Source: Clostridia bacterium (GTDB lineage: Bacteria; Bacillota; Clostridia; Saccharofermentanales; UBA5734). Taken from it: DNA of 64,000 bases. The notes under the pieces are model-generated. The model was not told the origin of the DNA. It did no database searches and saw only the letters and a list, made by a program, of their open reading frames with translations. The translations under genes and the position numbers were made by a program. Each line of letters begins with the position of its first letter. Positions within the stretch are counted from its first letter, which is position 1. Of this stretch, positions 18,239-27,237 are shown one piece after another. Location of the stretch: assembly GCA_040772725.1 (NCBI GenBank), contig JAXGXR010000002.1:949223-1013222 (forward strand), written 5' to 3'.

Positions 18239-18522
18239 AGAGCCTGCCTCCTGTACGCATATCCTGGCCTTCGTCCTGATTATCTTCATTCTACCGCACC
18301 GCAGGTGCCTGTGGATAGGATCATTCATTGCCTACAGGTGGACAGAACTGAACTTGCCGACCGTTTTCGGCCCATTTTGAAAGCAGGGGTCGAAACAGGA
18401 CCTTTCTGGTTCAATGGCAGACACCATCAGGCTTTTTTTGGCGGATGACTTCACCACTGGCAGGGGGTAAAATGGAGACAAGGCAATCGGCGCACACCCA
18501 TGGCTTGAACGGAGGGTTTACC

Positions 18523-20916
18523 ATGAAGTCACCTGTCCATTTGAATGATCAGCAAATCGCCAGACTCAACCAGACGCCGCAGACATTGCGGATTGAAACA
18601 TTAAAGCAGAAAATGCTCGATGAGCCACGCTACATGTCGATTGAACAGGCCAGAATCATCACTGCGGTGTATCAGGCCAATCCGGACAAGCCGGTCATCC
18701 TGAAACGCGCGCTTTCTCTTCGGGCTTCGCTCGAGCAGCTTGAGATCGCGATTGAGCCTGAAGAACTGATCGTTGGCAACCGGACACGTGGCGTCCGCGG
18801 CGGTGTCGTGTTCCCGGAGTCGGGCGCTTCCTGGATCGACCGGGAAATCGAAACGTTGCCGACCCGGCCCCAGGACCGGTTCAATGTCCGGCCGGAGGAT
18901 GTGGTCGAGTTCCGTGAAAAGATTTATCCGTACTGGAAAGGCCATTCGCTCGAGGACCGGATTGTCGAGGCGGGTGGGGAAGAGATCAATGCGATCGCCA
19001 AGGTCGTCAAGATCAACCAGAAGGACCACGCGCAGGGTCATATCTGTCCGGATACCGAACTCTGGCTGGAAAAGGGACCGGCCGGCTTGCGCAAACAGGC
19101 TGAAGACCTGATTCAGACCAGTTCGGGCGAGGCGCATGACTTTTACGCCAGTGTCATCGAGGTCCTGACCGGCGCGAGCCGATTCATGGAACGTTACGCT
19201 GAACTGGCGACCGGGATGGCGTCCGATGAAATAAACGCCCCAAACCGGGAAAACCTGCTTGAGGTGGCCAGAATCTGTCATAAATTGGCTTCTGCGCCAC
19301 CGGAGACCTTCCATGAAGCGGTCCAGTCGATGTGGTTCCTGTATGTCATCCTGCACATGGAATCCAATGCCTCGTCATTTTCACCCGGTCGGGCGGACCA
19401 GTACCTTTACCCGTATTATGCGGCGGATCGTGCGTCCGGTCGTCTGGATGACACTCGCGCCCTGGAGATCATCGAGTCCCTCTGGCTGAAATTCAACCAG
19501 ATCGTCTATCTGCGCAATGCGCATAGTGCCAAATACTTCGCTGGTTTCCCCATCGGATTCAACCTGGCGGTCGGCGGACAGCTGGCAGATGGCAACGATG
19601 CGACCAATGAGCTGTCCTACCTGTTCCTGACGGCCCAGGAGCACATCGGTCTGCCACAGCCAAACCTGTCGGCCAGGCTTTACAAGAATTCACCCGAAGC
19701 CTTTGTCCGCCAGTGTGTCCGAGTCGTTGCCAAGGGCAGCGGCATGCCGCAATTCTTCAATGATGAAGCGGTCATACCTGCTCTGATCAATCAGGGGATC
19801 GAGGAGCCGGACGCCAGGGATTATGCCATTGTCGGCTGTGTGGAGTTGACAACCCATGGCAACAACCTCGGCTGGAGCGATGCTGCGATGTTCAACATGC
19901 TCAAGGCTCTGGAACTGACGCTCAACAATGGTGTCTGCCTGGTCAGCGGCGAACGGATCGGACTGCCCCTGGGCGATCTGACCACTTACGCATCCTATGA
20001 AGAGCTGGAAAACGCTTTCCAGAAACAGGTCGACCATTTCATCGACCGGATGGTGAAAAGCTGTGAAGTGGTGGAACGGATGCATCAGGAAGTCCTGCCT
20101 TCACCCTTCTTGTCAACCGTCATTGACGACTGCATGGTGGCCGCGAAGGACGTGACCGCCGGTGGCGCCCAGTACAACCTGTCGGGCATCCAGATCATCC
20201 AGGGTGCCAACATCGCGGACAGTCTGGCAGCTTTGAAAAAACTGGTGTTTGATGAAAACCGCTTTTCGAAAGAGCAGGTGCTGAATGCCCTGCGTGAAAA
20301 CTTTGCCCATGACGAGCCGCTTCGCCTGACCCTGCTCAATCACGCGCCCAAATACGGCAATGACATCGCCTGGGTCGATGATATCGCCAATCACTGGATC
20401 CGCCACTTCAACACCTACCTGAGCCAATATACGAACTACCGTGGCGGTCGCTACCATACGGGTCTCTACACCGTGTCAGCCCATGTCCCGATGGGCCAGA
20501 ACGTCGGCGCCAGCCCGGATGGGCGATTCTCGCGCGAACCGCTGGCCGATGGCGGCATGTCGCCGGTCTATGGTCGTGACATCAAGGGGCCGACCGCCGT
20601 CCTGAAGTCTGTCTCCAAGATCAGCTCCATGTATGGCAGCAATGGGACGTTGCTGAACATGAAGTTCCTGCCGGAATTCTTCACGGAAAGCGGGGTCGAG
20701 AAATTCGCCCTGATGCTGCGGACCTTTGTCGATCTCAAGATCCCGCACATCCAGTTCAATGTCCTGCGTCAGGAGGATCTCCGTGCCGCGCAGAAGGAGC
20801 CGGAGAAATACAGGAACCTCACCGTCCGGGTCGCGGGCTACACCGCCTACTTCACGGAGCTGGCCGGCGATCTTCAGAATGAGATCATCGCCCGCACCAG
20901 CTACGGTGATATCTGA
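18523..20916 (+). CDS. glycyl radical enzyme, PflD/YbiW-like (GRE2)
   Basis: 797 aa. RVAGYTAYF glycyl motif, Cys loop IVGCVELTTHG (Cys codon 19837-19839), and motifs NQKDHAQGH, ESNASSFSPGR, LPQPNL and YTVSAHVPMG. Start at ATG 18523 behind GGAGGG. Confidence 0.9.
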   Translation: MKSPVHLNDQQIARLNQTPQTLRIETLKQKMLDEPRYMSIEQARIITAVYQANPDKPVILKRALSLRASLEQLEIAIEPEELIVGNRTRGVRGGVVFPESGASWIDREIETLPTRPQDRFNVRPEDVVEFREKIYPYWKGHSLEDRIVEAGGEEINAIAKVVKINQKDHAQGHICPDTELWLEKGPAGLRKQAEDLIQTSSGEAHDFYASVIEVLTGASRFMERYAELATGMASDEINAPNRENLLEVARICHKLASAPPETFHEAVQSMWFLYVILHMESNASSFSPGRADQYLYPYYAADRASGRLDDTRALEIIESLWLKFNQIVYLRNAHSAKYFAGFPIGFNLAVGGQLADGNDATNELSYLFLTAQEHIGLPQPNLSARLYKNSPEAFVRQCVRVVAKGSGMPQFFNDEAVIPALINQGIEEPDARDYAIVGCVELTTHGNNLGWSDAAMFNMLKALELTLNNGVCLVSGERIGLPLGDLTTYASYEELENAFQKQVDHFIDRMVKSCEVVERMHQEVLPSPFLSTVIDDCMVAAKDVTAGGAQYNLSGIQIIQGANIADSLAALKKLVFDENRFSKEQVLNALRENFAHDEPLRLTLLNHAPKYGNDIAWVDDIANHWIRHFNTYLSQYTNYRGGRYHTGLYTVSAHVPMGQNVGASPDGRFSREPLADGGMSPVYGRDIKGPTAVLKSVSKISSMYGSNGTLLNMKFLPEFFTESGVEKFALMLRTFVDLKIPHIQFNVLRQEDLRAAQKEPEKYRNLTVRVAGYTAYFTELAGDLQNEIIARTSYGDI

Positions 20917-21944
20917 TGGCAGCCGACCAGGCGGCCAAACCCGTGCAGGAGGCCGGACGGTCCCGGTCGGACATCGACTGGGACCGCCGAGGTCTGGTTT
21001 TTGATATCCGTCGGTTTTCCACGCATGACGGACCCGGCATCCGGACATCGGTTTTCACCAAGGGCTGTCCGCTTCGGTGCCTCTGGTGCCAGAACCCGGA
21101 AGGGATCGAACTGAAGCGCAATTTGTTCTATTTCCGTGAAAAGTGTATCGGCTGCGGGACCTGTGTCGCCCATTGCCCGCAAAAGGCGATCCGGAAAGTG
21201 GACGACAAGATCGCCATCGACCGATCGCTGTGCGATCTGTGCGGCATCTGTGTCGATGTCTGCCCGCCCCAGGCCCTGAGCTTTGATTCGCGGGAGATGA
21301 CGGTACGCGAGGTCGTGAACGAGGTGCTGCTCGACCGGCCGTTCTATCGCGATAACGGTGGATTGACGATCACGGGCGGGGATCCGGTGGTCCAGCATGC
21401 GTTCAATGTCCAGGTCCTCAAGGCGTGCCGGTCTTACGGCATCCACACGGCGATCGAAACGAGCCTTTTTGCGGACCGGAACGTGCTCGAGTCACTTCTG
21501 CCGCACATCAACCTGCTGATCGCGGATTTCAAGGTGTTTGACGAACAGGACCATCTGGCCTGGACCGGCGTGTCCAATGACCGGATCAAGCGCAACTTCG
21601 AATGGATCATTTTGCGTATGAGACAGATGCGGGAGCAGAAAGGACAGCGTGCCGGCCATCAGACACCCGATCCGGAACTGCTGGTCCGGATTCCCATGAT
21701 CCCCGGCCACAACACCACTTTGGAAAACCTTCGTCAGACCGGCGCCTATTTTTACCGGCTTGACCCGACAACCCGGATCGAATTGCTGAATTACAATCCT
21801 CTGGCCATGAACAAATATGTCCTTCTGGAACAGCCCTACCTGTTTGACCAGAATCCCAGAATGTTCACGCAGGAAGAAATGGCTGATTTTGTCCTGGCCT
21901 TGCGGGAAACGGGTGTGGTGGCGTTCGCCGAACCATCCCGTTGA
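20916..21944 (+). CDS. glycyl-radical enzyme activating protein (radical SAM)
   Basis: CPLRCLWC (CX3CX2C) plus two ferredoxin motifs, CIGCGTCVAHCP and CDLCGICVDVCP. ATGA overlap with the GRE2 stop. Confidence 0.9.
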   Translation: MAADQAAKPVQEAGRSRSDIDWDRRGLVFDIRRFSTHDGPGIRTSVFTKGCPLRCLWCQNPEGIELKRNLFYFREKCIGCGTCVAHCPQKAIRKVDDKIAIDRSLCDLCGICVDVCPPQALSFDSREMTVREVVNEVLLDRPFYRDNGGLTITGGDPVVQHAFNVQVLKACRSYGIHTAIETSLFADRNVLESLLPHINLLIADFKVFDEQDHLAWTGVSNDRIKRNFEWIILRMRQMREQKGQRAGHQTPDPELLVRIPMIPGHNTTLENLRQTGAYFYRLDPTTRIELLNYNPLAMNKYVLLEQPYLFDQNPRMFTQEEMADFVLALRETGVVAFAEPSR

Positions 21945-21974
21945 CAGGCAGTTGAAAGGGTGCTGAAGCCCTGG

Positions 21975-22712
21975 TCAGCAGGGAACGGTGATCAACTCGA
22001 TTCCATATCCGCTGATGACTTTGCGTGCGCTTTCCGGGATGCATTCGTCGGTGATGATGACGCTGACCTCGGAGAGAGACAGTTGCTTGGCAACACCCCG
22101 CATGCTGAACTTGCCGGAATCCGTGAGGATGATCGCCTTGTTCGCCCGCTGGGCCATCGCATAGGCGACCTCGGCGCGCTGGAGGTTGATGCAGGTGAAT
22201 CCATCCTCGGAAAAACCATCCGAACCGATGAACACCTTGTCGACAAAAAAGGACTGCAGGGACTGTCGTGTGAGTGGGCCGACGCAAACCTCGGACTCCG
22301 GCTGAAAATCGCCGCCGAGCAGGATGACTTTTGCCCGGGGGTGTTCACGGATGAAACTGGCAATGAAACAGGAGTTGGTGACGATCGTGACATCCTTGCT
22401 CTCGGCGAGTGCCTTGGCAAGCAACGCATTGGTCGAGCCGGACTCGATCAGGATCGTTTCACCCGATTCCACCATCTGGGCTGCCCGTTCCGCGATCCGC
22501 TGCTTGATTTCAAAATTGGAGTGCAATCGATTGGCGACACGTTCAGCCGAGGCGCCACCATGGACTCGCCGGATCAGACCATGCTGCTGCAATGCTTTGA
22601 GGTCACTACGGATCGTCACCTGGGAGACATTGTACTTCAAGGCCAGCTCTGATACAGTTAATTTGTCATTTTCTGACAGGTCCTTGAGGATTTGCATGCG
22701 TCGCTCATTCAT
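21975..22712 (-). CDS. DeoR-family transcriptional regulator
   Basis: 245 aa. N-terminal HTH (LTVSELALKYNVSQVTIRSDLKAL) and a C-terminal DeoR sugar-phosphate-sensor domain. Divergent from GRE3. Confidence 0.9.
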   Translation of the reverse strand: MNERRMQILKDLSENDKLTVSELALKYNVSQVTIRSDLKALQQHGLIRRVHGGASAERVANRLHSNFEIKQRIAERAAQMVESGETILIESGSTNALLAKALAESKDVTIVTNSCFIASFIREHPRAKVILLGGDFQPESEVCVGPLTRQSLQSFFVDKVFIGSDGFSEDGFTCINLQRAEVAYAMAQRANKAIILTDSGKFSMRGVAKQLSLSEVSVIITDECIPESARKVISGYGIELITVPC

Positions 22713-22791
22713 TTGATGTCACACTCCTGTTGATTAACGGATTGAAGACACCCCGTTATGGTTCTTTTGTTTAAAATTATAACTGTTTTTA

Positions 22792-22820
22792 TTGAAAGTG
22801 TATAGCATTTCGATTAAAAT
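22792..22820 (+). promoter_or_regulatory. putative promoter for the GRE3 operon
   Basis: TTGAAA, 17 nt spacer, TAAAAT in an AT-rich divergent region. An AAAATG-N9-CATTTT inverted repeat follows immediately downstream and may be an operator. Confidence 0.45.
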
Positions 22821-22945
22821 CAAAATGACTTATTTGCATTTTAACCCGTGTTGGTTGAAAATGGTCTGCAAACATAGATATCAGGCGTTTCACGATCTGA
22901 AAGCCGCTGTCCCCTGTCTTGTCTTCAAGGGTTGAAGGTGAAAGA

Positions 22946-25297
22946 ATGCTGGAAAGAATCGAAAGTCTCAGAAAATTTGTCATGGAAAGCCCGCGCCAGG
23001 TGTCTCTGGAGCGCGCACTGATCCACAAGGAATCCATGGAGGCCTCCGCCGGTCTGCCGGAGATCATCCGGCGCGCCATGTCATTTGGCCACATGGTGTC
23101 AAAATTCGAGATCGCGATCCATCCCGGTGAACTGATTGTCGGCGGGAGAACGGCCAATCCAAGGGCCGGAGTCGTGTCGGCCGGCCTGGGGGCCGACTGG
23201 CTGATGGAAGAACTGGACACGATCGCGACACGTGCGGTCGATCCGTTCCAGATCAGCCCGGCACAAAAACAGCTTTTCCGTGATGTGCTTTATCCGTATC
23301 ACAAAGGTCATGACATGCGGTCACGGATCGAGGCGGATCTGTCCGATGAGCAGAAAGCGGCCCGGGATGCCGGGATTTTTCGCCTCAACCAGACTGACAA
23401 GGGGCAGGGGCACATCCTGCCCGATTATTCGATTCTCCTGAAGCAGGGGATCGGACAGATGATCGAGGCCATGTCGGCCCTCCTGGGAGACCATCCGGAC
23501 AACACATTCTACAAGGCGACCCTGATCTGCTATCGAGGATTCCAGCACCTGATCGACCGATATGCCCGGCTGGCAGCCGATCAGGCTGATCATGAACCGG
23601 ATCCGGCGCGAAAGGCAGAGCTGAGGACCATCGCCGTCAACCTGAAATCCATCCGGGAAGCGCCGCCGGCAGATTTTCATCAGGCCTTGCAGCTTTTCTG
23701 GCTGACTTGTGTCGCGCTTCAACTCGAGTCCAATGCCAGTTCAATCTCGATCGGCCGTTTTGACCAGTTCATGCTACCCTATTTCCAGAAGGATATCGAA
23801 GAGGACCGGCTGAGTTTCGAACAGGCGCATCTGCTGCTGTCCTGCCTCTGGATCAAGATGAACGAGGTCATCATGATCCGCAGTGAGGACAGCGCCCGCT
23901 ATTTCGGCGGCTTTCCGACCGGATACAACATGGTTCTGGGCGGGATCACCAGCGACGGGTGGGACGGGACCAACGCGCTCAGCTATCTTTGCCTGGAGAT
24001 CACGAATGATCTTCGCCTGCCTCAGCCAAACCTGTCGGTCCGGGTCCACGCGAGCACCCCGACTTCGTTCTTGAAAAAGTCGTCCGAACTGGTGGCACAG
24101 GGATTTGGCATGCCCCAGATTTTCAACGATGATACGATCATCGAGACGCTGGTCAAGGAAGGAGTCAATCGGGAGGACGCCAAAGATTACGCGATTGTCG
24201 GCTGTGTCCAGCTGTCCATACCCGGCAAGATGTATGGCATGCCCGATGTCGCCCTTTTCAACCTGTTGAAATGCCTGGAGCTGGTGATTCACAGGGGGCT
24301 GGATCCGATCACCGGATCCACGATGCCGGTCGAGCTGGTGGATGGCCATGAGAGTCGATTTGAAAACTTCGAACAATCCGTGATGGAAACGGTGCGGCAC
24401 TATGTCCGTCAGGCCTGCCTCGGTGCGAATGTCGTTGACCGGGCACACCAGGACCTGGCCCAGGTGCCGCTGTTGTCGACCCTGATGACGGGATGCGCTG
24501 AAAGCGGCCGGGACATGACAGCAGGCGGGACCCGCTACAACTTCACCGGCCTTCAGCAGACCGGCATCGCCAATCTGGCCGATGCCATGCTCGTGATCCG
24601 CTCCGTGGTGTTTGAACAGCGGCGGATGACACTCGCTCAGTTGAGCCGTATCCTGCTGGACAACTACGCCGGGCATGAATCGATCCGACAGTCATTTATC
24701 GAAGACTACCCCAAGTACGGCAACAACATTGATGCGGTCGACACATTGGCGAACCGTTATCTGAAAAAATTCTGCGAGTTTGTATCGGCCAACACCAATC
24801 CGAGGGGTGGTCGGTTCTCGCCCGGCAGCTACACGGTGTCGGCCCACATCCCGATGGGGAAGAAGGTGGGGGCGACCCCGGATGGCCGCATGACCGGCAC
24901 AAAACTGGCGGATGGGGGACTGGCGCCCAGTGCCGGCCGGGATCTGCTGGGTCCGGTTTCGCTACTCAAGACGGTCAGTCGTCTGGACAGCGAGCTCTTG
25001 TCAAACGGCAGTCTGCTCAACATGCGGTTCAGCCGCGCCTCGTTTGTCGAGGCGGACAGTTTCGACCGATTCTTCCGGCTGATCAAGCTGTTCATCAAAC
25101 TCAAGCTCCTGCATATCCAGTTCAGTGTGGTGGATGAATCGTACCTGCGGGACGCCCAGACGCATCCAGAAAAGTATCCTGAACTCATGGTCAGGGTCGC
25201 CGGGTACACGGCCTATTTCAAGGACCTGGGCCGGGAGGTCCAGGATGACATCATCGACCGTTGCGCGAACAATATGGAGTTGAATGCGGATGAGTGA
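22946..25297 (+). CDS. glycyl radical enzyme, PflD/YbiW-like with a variant Cys loop (GRE3)
   Basis: 783 aa. RVAGYTAYF (Gly codon 25202-25204), and motifs LNQTDKGQGH, LESNASSISIGRFDQ, ARYFGGFPTGY and YTVSAHIPMG. The Cys loop reads IVGCVQLSIPGK, with Gln where the family normally has Glu. Confidence 0.9.
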   Translation: MLERIESLRKFVMESPRQVSLERALIHKESMEASAGLPEIIRRAMSFGHMVSKFEIAIHPGELIVGGRTANPRAGVVSAGLGADWLMEELDTIATRAVDPFQISPAQKQLFRDVLYPYHKGHDMRSRIEADLSDEQKAARDAGIFRLNQTDKGQGHILPDYSILLKQGIGQMIEAMSALLGDHPDNTFYKATLICYRGFQHLIDRYARLAADQADHEPDPARKAELRTIAVNLKSIREAPPADFHQALQLFWLTCVALQLESNASSISIGRFDQFMLPYFQKDIEEDRLSFEQAHLLLSCLWIKMNEVIMIRSEDSARYFGGFPTGYNMVLGGITSDGWDGTNALSYLCLEITNDLRLPQPNLSVRVHASTPTSFLKKSSELVAQGFGMPQIFNDDTIIETLVKEGVNREDAKDYAIVGCVQLSIPGKMYGMPDVALFNLLKCLELVIHRGLDPITGSTMPVELVDGHESRFENFEQSVMETVRHYVRQACLGANVVDRAHQDLAQVPLLSTLMTGCAESGRDMTAGGTRYNFTGLQQTGIANLADAMLVIRSVVFEQRRMTLAQLSRILLDNYAGHESIRQSFIEDYPKYGNNIDAVDTLANRYLKKFCEFVSANTNPRGGRFSPGSYTVSAHIPMGKKVGATPDGRMTGTKLADGGLAPSAGRDLLGPVSLLKTVSRLDSELLSNGSLLNMRFSRASFVEADSFDRFFRLIKLFIKLKLLHIQFSVVDESYLRDAQTHPEKYPELMVRVAGYTAYFKDLGREVQDDIIDRCANNMELNADE

Positions 25298-26234
25298 GTT
25301 GACGCCCGAACAAAGGAACACCTATCTGGCGACACGAGGCATCGTGTTCAATATCCAGCGCTTCAGCATTCACGATGGCCCGGGCATCCGGACAATCGTG
25401 TTCATCAAGGGTTGCCCCCTGCGCTGCCAGTGGTGTTCCAACCCCGAATCACAGGATCCGAAGCCTGTCCTCATGTTCTCACAGAAAAAATGCATCAGCT
25501 GTGGCCTGTGTGAAAAAGCCTGCCCGCTGGACGCGATCTCTTTTGTCGACAGTCCTTATCCGAAAATTGATCGCAGCATTTGCGACAACTGCGGCAAATG
25601 CGCCGAAGTCTGCTGCACGGAAGCGCTCTATATGGAAGGCAAAAGCATGTCGGTCGAGGAGGCCATGACAGAGGTCATGAAGGACAAACCCTTCTATGAC
25701 AATTCGGGCGGCGGACTGACCCTTTCCGGTGGCGAAACCCTTGCCCAGCCAAATTTCGCTCACGCGCTCCTGGCGATCGCCAAAGACCGGGGCCTTCATA
25801 CGGCTGCGGAAACGACCGGCTTTGCCCAGCCGGAGGTCCTGAAAAAAATCGTATCCAAATTGGACTTGGTCCTTTATGACTTCAAGCATGTCGATCCGGT
25901 CCGACACCTCGAAAAGACCGGGGTCGACAATACACAGATTCTTGAAAACCTGAAAATGCTGTGCGAGATGAAAGTCCCTCTGGTCGTGCGCATTCCGATC
26001 ATCCCGGGATTCAATGACGCGCTTTCAGATGCCGCTGAATTCGGTCGCCTGCTCAGTGAACTGAAAGTTGAAGAAGTCAATCTGCTTCCGTTCCACCAGA
26101 TGGGAGAGCACAAATACGAACTGCTTGGCAAACCCTATGCTTACAAGGGTGTCAAGAGCCTGCGCGAAGAGAGCCTTGTCGAGTACCGCCAGATCATGGC
26201 CGATTTTGATCTCGACGTCAAAATTGGTGGCTGA
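25284..26234 (+). CDS. glycyl-radical enzyme activating protein (radical SAM)
   Basis: 316 aa. CPLRCQWC plus CISCGLCEKACP and CDNCGKCAEVC motifs. Overlaps the GRE3 end. Confidence 0.9.
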   Translation: MRMSELTPEQRNTYLATRGIVFNIQRFSIHDGPGIRTIVFIKGCPLRCQWCSNPESQDPKPVLMFSQKKCISCGLCEKACPLDAISFVDSPYPKIDRSICDNCGKCAEVCCTEALYMEGKSMSVEEAMTEVMKDKPFYDNSGGGLTLSGGETLAQPNFAHALLAIAKDRGLHTAAETTGFAQPEVLKKIVSKLDLVLYDFKHVDPVRHLEKTGVDNTQILENLKMLCEMKVPLVVRIPIIPGFNDALSDAAEFGRLLSELKVEEVNLLPFHQMGEHKYELLGKPYAYKGVKSLREESLVEYRQIMADFDLDVKIGG

Positions 26235-26335
26235 ATGAATTTTTTATGAAGAATGGAACTTTTTCCGTGCCATGACGTCTCATAACCAAATACGTGTGAT
26301 GCACCGTATGGATATATGACAGAAAGGTGATGACC

Positions 26336-27055
26336 ATGAAAAAATTATCGATCATAATCCTGGTGCTGGCTGTCCTGACGGCTGTGGCCGGCTGCGGATC
26401 CGCCGCGACCACGACGGCCGCGACCACGACAGCGGCAACAACGACAACTGCAACAACGACGACGGCTGCGACTACCGCGCCGACGACCGCAGGGACAACA
26501 CAGCCGACTACAACCCCGACAACAGCCCCGACCACGCAGCCATCCCAGACGACGACTCCGACGACGACCGTTGAGCCGACCCCGACAACCGTGGTCCATC
26601 CGGTCTACCAGGACACAATCGAGATCGAAGGCATGGAAGAGACGGTCAACTACCGTTTGACAGAGGGCCGTTATGATTATGCGATGCCGATGGATATCGA
26701 CCGCTTCCTGTTCCGCGAAGGGGAGGAGGCCGACTTCTTCCGCAGCATTGCGAACGATTTGGTGTTCCTGACAGTCACCTACATCGAGGACACGGACAAT
26801 CAGACAGAGACCGCGATCCGGACCAATGTCGCCGAGGGGATCACCGCGACGGCCAGCACCGGAAAACTCGGTGAACATGATGCCGCGATTGTCCATGTCA
26901 CCTATGGGGATCAGCCGGACAGCAAGGTCATGGATTTCTTCCTGATCGAGGATGACGGCGGGGTCTATGAGATCAACCTGGTGTATACGATCGCGACTGC
27001 TGAAGGCTTTGGCGCTCGCATGTCAGCCATGGCCGAGGGTTTCGTCATCCGCTGA
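26336..27055 (+). CDS. lipoprotein with a long Thr/Ala/Pro-rich linker, unknown function
   Basis: Signal peptide and lipobox (LTAVAGC), about 75 aa of T/A/P low-complexity linker, then a ~150-aa globular domain with no motif I recognise. Start is ambiguous (GTG 26327, ATG 26330 or ATG 26336). Confidence 0.7.
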   Translation: MKKLSIIILVLAVLTAVAGCGSAATTTAATTTAATTTTATTTTAATTAPTTAGTTQPTTTPTTAPTTQPSQTTTPTTTVEPTPTTVVHPVYQDTIEIEGMEETVNYRLTEGRYDYAMPMDIDRFLFREGEEADFFRSIANDLVFLTVTYIEDTDNQTETAIRTNVAEGITATASTGKLGEHDAAIVHVTYGDQPDSKVMDFFLIEDDGGVYEINLVYTIATAEGFGARMSAMAEGFVIR

Positions 27056-27237
27056 AACCGGCATCCACGCCGATGAAAAAGCCACAACTGAGGGGTTCAC
27101 TGATTTGCAGCCGCCTTTGCTTGTGGCTTTTCGCTGTCTCCAAGGTTTCATATCCAAAAGGGAACGTGTACAATAAGACCGTGCACGTGCATTTGTTCTA
27201 GGCGCACGGGCTGCAGAACAGCTAAAGGGGCAGCCGC

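Noticed and set aside
20901-21446. 181-aa minus-strand ORF and other nested ORFs inside the GRE and activase genes
   Set aside because: They are antisense to or out of frame with genes that carry strong family motifs, which is typical of GC-rich shadow ORFs.
26218-26896. Minus-strand ORFs of 105 and 183 aa opposite the Thr-rich lipoprotein gene
   Set aside because: They are antisense to the ACC/ACG/GCC-rich linker and give Val/Ala/Gly or Arg/Cys/Gly-rich artefact peptides.
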